From assembly GCA_963758295.1 (NCBI GenBank), contig CAVWUU010000002.1, positions 230,555 to 294,554 on the forward strand: 64,000 nt of DNA, read 5' to 3'. Within the stretch, counting starts at the first letter, position 1. The number at the start of each line of letters is the position of its first letter. The notes under the pieces are model-generated. The model was not told where the DNA came from. It saw only the letters and a list, made by a program, of their open reading frames with translations, and did not search any database. Source of the stretch: Candidatus Eremiobacteria bacterium (GTDB lineage Bacteria; Vulcanimicrobiota; Vulcanimicrobiia; Vulcanimicrobiales; Vulcanimicrobiaceae). The translations under genes and the position numbers were made by a program. Below, piece by piece: positions 58,791 through 64,000 of this stretch.

Positions 58791-59975
58791 TCACAAAACG
58801 CATGGCGCCGAATCCGTAAGACCAGTGAAGAGCAAATACGGCTTCGACGTGTCGAATGCACCGGTCGCCGTGAACGTTGAAGCGTTCGCGTCGGGCCGCC
58901 AGCTGAGGCCGTAGCCGTGGTAGATGCAGCTCGCATAAGCGGTCTTCCACGCGCCCGTGTCCTGCTTGATCCTCAAGTTCGAAACGGTTCCCGCCGGTTT
59001 ATCGCCTGGGCGAGAAACTTCCGTGCCGACTTCGAAAAACAGCGCTTTTCGCTGCGGAAAAAACGTTGACACCGGCGCGGAACAAAGCGATGCTCCGTCG
59101 ACCGCGAAGATGACGCTGTCGCCGTCGACCGCAATGGCCAGTTCATGTGGATCGTCGTTAACGAAAAGGCCGGTGTCACGGTACACCAGCTCGCCGTCGG
59201 GCAGCGCCCACGTCAGCGCAACTTCATTCCGGTACGAATACTTCTTCCAGCGCATTAGTTCGAGCTGGACGAAAGCATTGTTACCCTTCAGCTCTTTGAG
59301 CAAGAGCCAATTGGAATAAAATAAGCCTTGATTTCCGTCGACCCTAGGCAGCGTGAAAGTCCCCGCAAGGCCAAAGCTCGACGCAAAGGCTCCGGCAAAA
59401 TCGAGATCGGACTGGGCGCTCTCCGATTTCCCAACGTCCTGCCAACTGATCTTGGCTGTCGTTGCTCCGGGAGCGGGATCGCTAATCGGCATCGAACAGC
59501 TGAACGGCCCGTCGGCATACGGAGTGGACGGCGGCGGCGGAAGCGATGGAATTACGAACCGCAGCTTCGTACCGGCGACGATTCCGTCGGCGCGCGCTTC
59601 GCCGGCCGGGAGTTCCACGACGAATTTTCCGACGCCGCCGCGACGTGGAATTTTTTCATCCGGCGTATCGAGCGGTACGACGGGAACTTTCGCAGCGACG
59701 GAATGCACCGTTCCATCGGCACCAACGAAGACCATATCCAGCGGCACGAGCGTGTCTTTCATCCAAAACTCTACCGGCTGCTCGCCGTCGAATACGAACA
59801 CCATGCCCGTGTGCCGGGGCAAGTTCGTCACGCTCATCAAGCCCCGTTCACGTTCTTCTTCACTTTGTGCGACCTGCAGCGTTAAAACCGCCTTAGGCGC
59901 TTGAACCACGATTTTTTCTAATTGTTGCGGCGGTGGCGTCGCGACGGCGGCGGCAAGCGCGAGGGCAGCGATCAT
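58791..59975 (-). CDS. DUF192 domain protein with extra C-terminal beta domain
   Basis: ERERGLM..GMVFVF..FWMKDTLVPLDMVF..VVELPAG, then a Pro linker and about 240 aa of beta-rich sequence. Confidence 0.75.
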   Translation of the reverse strand: MIAALALAAAVATPPPQQLEKIVVQAPKAVLTLQVAQSEEERERGLMSVTNLPRHTGMVFVFDGEQPVEFWMKDTLVPLDMVFVGADGTVHSVAAKVPVVPLDTPDEKIPRRGGVGKFVVELPAGEARADGIVAGTKLRFVIPSLPPPPSTPYADGPFSCSMPISDPAPGATTAKISWQDVGKSESAQSDLDFAGAFASSFGLAGTFTLPRVDGNQGLFYSNWLLLKELKGNNAFVQLELMRWKKYSYRNEVALTWALPDGELVYRDTGLFVNDDPHELAIAVDGDSVIFAVDGASLCSAPVSTFFPQRKALFFEVGTEVSRPGDKPAGTVSNLRIKQDTGAWKTAYASCIYHGYGLSWRPDANASTFTATGAFDTSKPYLLFTGLTDSAPCVL

Positions 59976-60077
59976 CTAGAACATTCTCCGGTACACGGCC
60001 ACGTTTTGGTAACGGCCTATTTCTGGCAACTTCCCCGCTTCGACCTCGCGCCGAATGAAGGGGAACATTTGCGCGTT

Positions 60078-62731
60078 CTAGCTTTCCGTCATGGCCTCCA
60101 CGTCGTACCAATTCGAACCGGTCTTGACCGTCACTTCGAGTGGGACCGAAAGCGCGATAGCATTCTCCATCTCCGTGCGTACCAGATGCGCAAGGCCGTG
60201 CAGGTCCTTACGCGAAACTTCGAAGATCAACTCGTCGTGAATCTGCAAGAGCATCGTCGCGTCGAGCCTCGCATCGTGCAAGGAGCGCGCGATCTTCACC
60301 ATTGCGAGCTTCATGAGGTCCGCCGCACTTCCTTGCAGCGGCGCGTTAGTCGCCTCGCGTTCGGCGGCCGAGCGCAACATATAGTTGCTCGAGCTTAGCG
60401 CCGGCATATACCGTCGCCGCCCCAGAATCGTGGACACGTAGCCGTTGCGCCGGCCCTCGTCCAACGTGCGTTCTATGTAATCGCGGACCGAGGGGAATCG
60501 CGCGAAATAAGCGGTAGTGATTTCACGCGCTTCGGCGCGGCCGATCTCCAAGCGTTGGGCCAATCCAAAATCGGACATGCCGTAGAGCAGACCGAAGTTG
60601 ACGCTCTTTGCCATGCGACGCTGATTGCCGTCGACGACGGTACCACTCGGCACTTCGAAGATCTGGCGCGCCGTGAAGTCATGGATGTCCTGGCCTTCTT
60701 CGAAAGCGTCGCGCATCGCTTCGTCACCGGAGAGATGCGCCATCAAACGAAGTTCGATTTGACTGTAGTCGGCAGCGAGCAACACATGCTCGTCGAATCT
60801 TTGCGCCACGAACGCGCGCCGAATGCGCCGCCCGAGTTCGCCCCGCACCGGGATATTTTGCAAGTTGGGATTGGTCGAAGAAAGGCGTCCCGTTGCGGTT
60901 GCGGTTTGATTGAAGACGGTATGCAGCCGCCTGTCGCGCGGATCGACGAGCTGCGGAATGACGTCGACGTACGTGTTCTTGAGCTTGGTGACTTCGCGCC
61001 ATTCGAGCACGAGCGCGCAAATCGGATACTCGCGCGCCAGGCCCTGCAGCACTTCGACGCCGGTCGCCCAGCCGGTTTTCGTTTTTTTCCCGCCGGGAAT
61101 TTGCAGCTTGCCGAAAAGGACGTTTCCCGAGCTGCATGTGGCGAACCGATGTTGAACTCTTCGCCCGCGAAATCGTAAGATCTGCCGTTGCAAGCGCGTT
61201 GCGGCTTGCGTCGATCTCTTCGCCGAGCACGCGCAGCTCGCTCGGGTCGATTGCGACGCCCGCCGCTTCCATCTTCGCGAGAATCGGCGCAAGCGGCACT
61301 TCGACGTCTTCGTACAGACGCGAATTGCTCGCGTTCTTCGAGCTCGTTCGCGCGCCTCGCAGTGCAATTTGCAACGTTGCATCGGCGTGAGCGGCGGCGT
61401 CGTCGTGCAAGCGCGCGTCTCAAGCAGCCTCGCCGCGCAGCGTCTTCGATGTCGGCAAACGTGCGGGCTGGATCCAGCAAATGCGCCGCAATCATCGGAT
61501 CGTCGGTCAAAACGCGCGTTGCGCTATCTCCGCTTCGCGCAATGCATGGCGCAACGCGCTTCGCGTCGTACGCAACGACGTGCGATCGCGCTTCGAAGTG
61601 CCGCTTTGAGCGCCGTCACGCACGTCCGGTCGTGCCGCAGCGCGGCGCGCGTAAACGTAATTCCTGTCCCGGACTTGCCGCTAATGCCGAGCGCGTCACC
61701 GCGCAGCGCAATGGCGATGTGTTCTGCGGTCGCAAGCGCGCGAAGTTCCTCGCCGAGCTTTGAAGTTCCGGCGGATCGACCGACGCGACGAAGGAACGGT
61801 AGGTTCCCTTCGAGCTTCTTTTCCGTGTCGAAGAGCGGCAGGTCGTTGACCGGGGGCTGCAGCTTTGCGAGCAGCGTTTTGAATTCGAGTTCGGAGTACA
61901 GCCGGTAGAGTTCGCCATCGACCGGCGGCGTATACGACGCGGTGTCCCAATCGAGATCGAGCGGCAGATCGCGACGGACGATCGAAACGTCGCGATAGGT
62001 TTTCGCGGCTGCGCCGTATGTTTCGATCAGCTTCTGCAGTTTCGGTGTACCGGCAAGCGACGGATCCGCCACGAGCGCATCGAGCGAGCCCGCAGCTTGC
62101 AACAGTTTGGTTGCCGTCTTTTCGCCAACGCCCGGAATGCCGGGAAGTTGTCGGATGGATCGCCTTTGAGACCGCGATAATCGGGCAGCTGCGACGGCTC
62201 GAGTCCGAACCGTTCGCGACGGCGGCCGGATCGTACCGGCCGAGTTCCGTGATGCCGCGGCGCGTGGTCAGCACGGTCGTCTGTTCGTCGACGATTTGCA
62301 ACAGATCGAGATCGCCCGTGACGACAATCGTTTGCTCGCCGGCTTCTTCGGCTTGACGCGCAAGCGTCGCAATCACGTCGTCGGCTTCTTGGCCTTCCAT
62401 TTCGACGACCGGAATGTCGTGCACGTCGAGAATCTGGCGCACGAGCGCGAATTGGCTGCGCAAATCGTCGGGCATGGCGTCGCGCTGCGCTTTGTAATCG
62501 CCGTACAGCTCGATGCGCGCGGCCGGCATGCCTTTATCGAACGCGGCGATGACGTGCGTCGGTTTTTCGTCGGCGATGATCTTGTTCAGCATCATCGTAA
62601 AGCCGTACACGGCGTTGATCGGCATGCCTTTGGTCGTGGTCAGCGCGCGGAAGCGCAAAGAACGCACGGTACACCAAGCCGTACGTATCGAGCAGCATCA
62701 AGCGCGCAGCGCCTGCTTTAAGCTTCGCCAT
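60078..62731 (-). CDS. polA: DNA polymerase I (multiple frameshifts)
   Basis: Fragments in six ORFs: LLDTYGLVYRAFFA, EADDVIATL..TGDLD, TGRLSSTNPNLQNIP, ADYSQIELR, AKSVNFGLLYG and QIHDEL. Confidence 0.9.
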
Positions 62732-62732
62732 T

Positions 62733-64000
62733 TTATTGCACCACAACCGTAGAGGAGCCGGCGATCACACGACCGTCGTCGGAAATCTTCAACACGGAAA
62801 CCGTATACCGCCCTCGCGTTACCGGCAGTTGCACCGCGAGCGGAGCGCCGTCGTCATGCACGATATTCCAGGAAACCGCCTGCGTTTGCGCTTGCGCCAG
62901 CGTAAGATCCGGCTGAGGCGCGCCGCGGCGCTCGAAACCTATAACTTGCGCGTGTTGGCCCGTCGAATCGACCCAGGGATGCCACGTTTGCCCTGCGGGC
63001 GCGCTCACTTCGGTTGCGGTGAGGCCGACGGCGAGCAGCGAGGGTGCAGTATCGAAGAGTGCGCTTCCCGACGGCGCCCCGCGGCTTACGCGAACGACGA
63101 CCGTCCCGGGACCGGGTCGCGTATCGCGCAACGCGACGTTTGCCGATGCGCCCGGCGCAAACTCGGTGCCGCCCAAATCCAATGGAACGAATTGCGGACG
63201 CCCGGGGCATCGACTTCGAGCCGGACACTCGTCCATTCGATTGCTCCCGTCGTGCACGAACGCGGCGCCGACGCGAAGATCGCCCGGCGCGTCGTTCACG
63301 CGAAATTGCGTTCCGGCGTGTCCCTCGCCGGCGCGGAGGACCGATGTTTGAACCTCGAGCGCGCTTTCGAGCGTAACAAAAGCATCGCCGTTTGCCCCCG
63401 CAAGGGACGCGTTTGCCCGAACGTCTTCGCCGGCATGATACGTGCTGCGATCCAGCGCGATGCGCGCATTGGCGCTTCCCGAATCCGCGTCATCGTTCGT
63501 CGCTTGCGAAACGACCGTCACCTGGCCGGCATCTTCGGCTTGACGTCCGCCGTTGTCAACTGTCGCAAGGATTAAGTTGGTGCCGAGCTGCGGCGAGCTG
63601 AACGTTCCGTGCGCGTGCCCGTTCGCATCGAGATGCAGCGTTTGCTGCTGCACGGACGGCCCGTGCGAGAGTTGCGCGGTTACCGTCCCGTTCGCGAGGG
63701 GCTTGCCGCTGTTCACTTCGTTAACATACACTTCGAAGTTCGCCGGCGTGCCGATCGTCTGTTCGGCCCGGTCCAAACGCAAACGCGCCGCGACGGGTGC
63801 CGTCGGAACGACGATACGCGTATCGGCCGTCGCGCCCCCGGAATCGACGGCGACTCCGTACGTCGAGGCAAGGCCGTCGGTCGGATGCGGAATTTCGATC
63901 GTAGCGCGGCCATTCGCATCCGTCGTCACCGTCGTATCCACCCACTTCGTCGTCGCCCACGGCGTTGTCGCCGGCGTAAATCCGATGAACACGTGCGGCG
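62733..64000 (-). CDS. Large Ig-like / alpha-2-macroglobulin MG-domain-like protein (5' end outside the window)
   Basis: TTDANGRATIEI and LDRSTYHAGEDV beta-sandwich repeats. Apparent compensating indel pair near 63205-63247. Confidence 0.55.
   Translation of the reverse strand, partial: PHVFIGFTPATTPWATTKWVDTTVTTDANGRATIEIPHPTDGLASTYGVAVDSGGATADTRIVVPTAPVAARLRLDRAEQTIGTPANFEVYVNEVNSGKPLANGTVTAQLSHGPSVQQQTLHLDANGHAHGTFSSPQLGTNLILATVDNGGRQAEDAGQVTVVSQATNDDADSGSANARIALDRSTYHAGEDVRANASLAGANGDAFVTLESALEVQTSVLRAGEGHAGTQFRVNDAPGDLRVGAAFVHDGSNRMDECPARSRCPGRPQFVPLDLGGTEFAPGASANVALRDTRPGPGTVVVRVSRGAPSGSALFDTAPSLLAVGLTATEVSAPAGQTWHPWVDSTGQHAQVIGFERRGAPQPDLTLAQAQTQAVSWNIVHDDGAPLAVQLPVTRGRYTVSVLKISDDGRVIAGSSTVVVQ

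Overview
GC-rich bacterial chromosome window from a diderm organism. The gene repertoire (LptF/G-LptD-LptC, Lnt, a short S1, SigB-type promoters, many Pro-rich secreted proteins) suggests a Terrabacteria diderm such as Ca. Eremiobacterota/Vulcanimicrobiota; this is inference only. Left part: a DUF5916-like protein, agmatinase, alr, an aspartyl protease, citrate synthase and a minus-strand dcw cluster (mraZ-rsmH-ftsL-ftsI-murE-murF-[CofE-like]-mraY-murD-ftsW-murG-murC-murB-ddl) lacking ftsQ/A/Z. Middle (23-34 kb): an accessory island with a Phd-VapC toxin-antitoxin pair, stacked IS481/IS3/IS256 elements, an orphan HExxH lipoprotein pair and a BlaI/M56-TonB module. Right part: stress genes, LPS transport genes, ctpA, lnt, an ABC-F protein, coaE, rpsA, mutM and polA. 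The best candidate for an undescribed system is a CofE (F420:glutamate ligase)-like amide ligase translationally coupled between murF and mraY, possibly a peptidoglycan stem-peptide modifier. Other leads are a structured attenuator-like leader before citrate synthase, an apparent ATC start for rpsA, a catalytically degenerate D-aminoacylase and a SigB-like promoter set. Several essential genes carry indels that are most likely sequencing errors.
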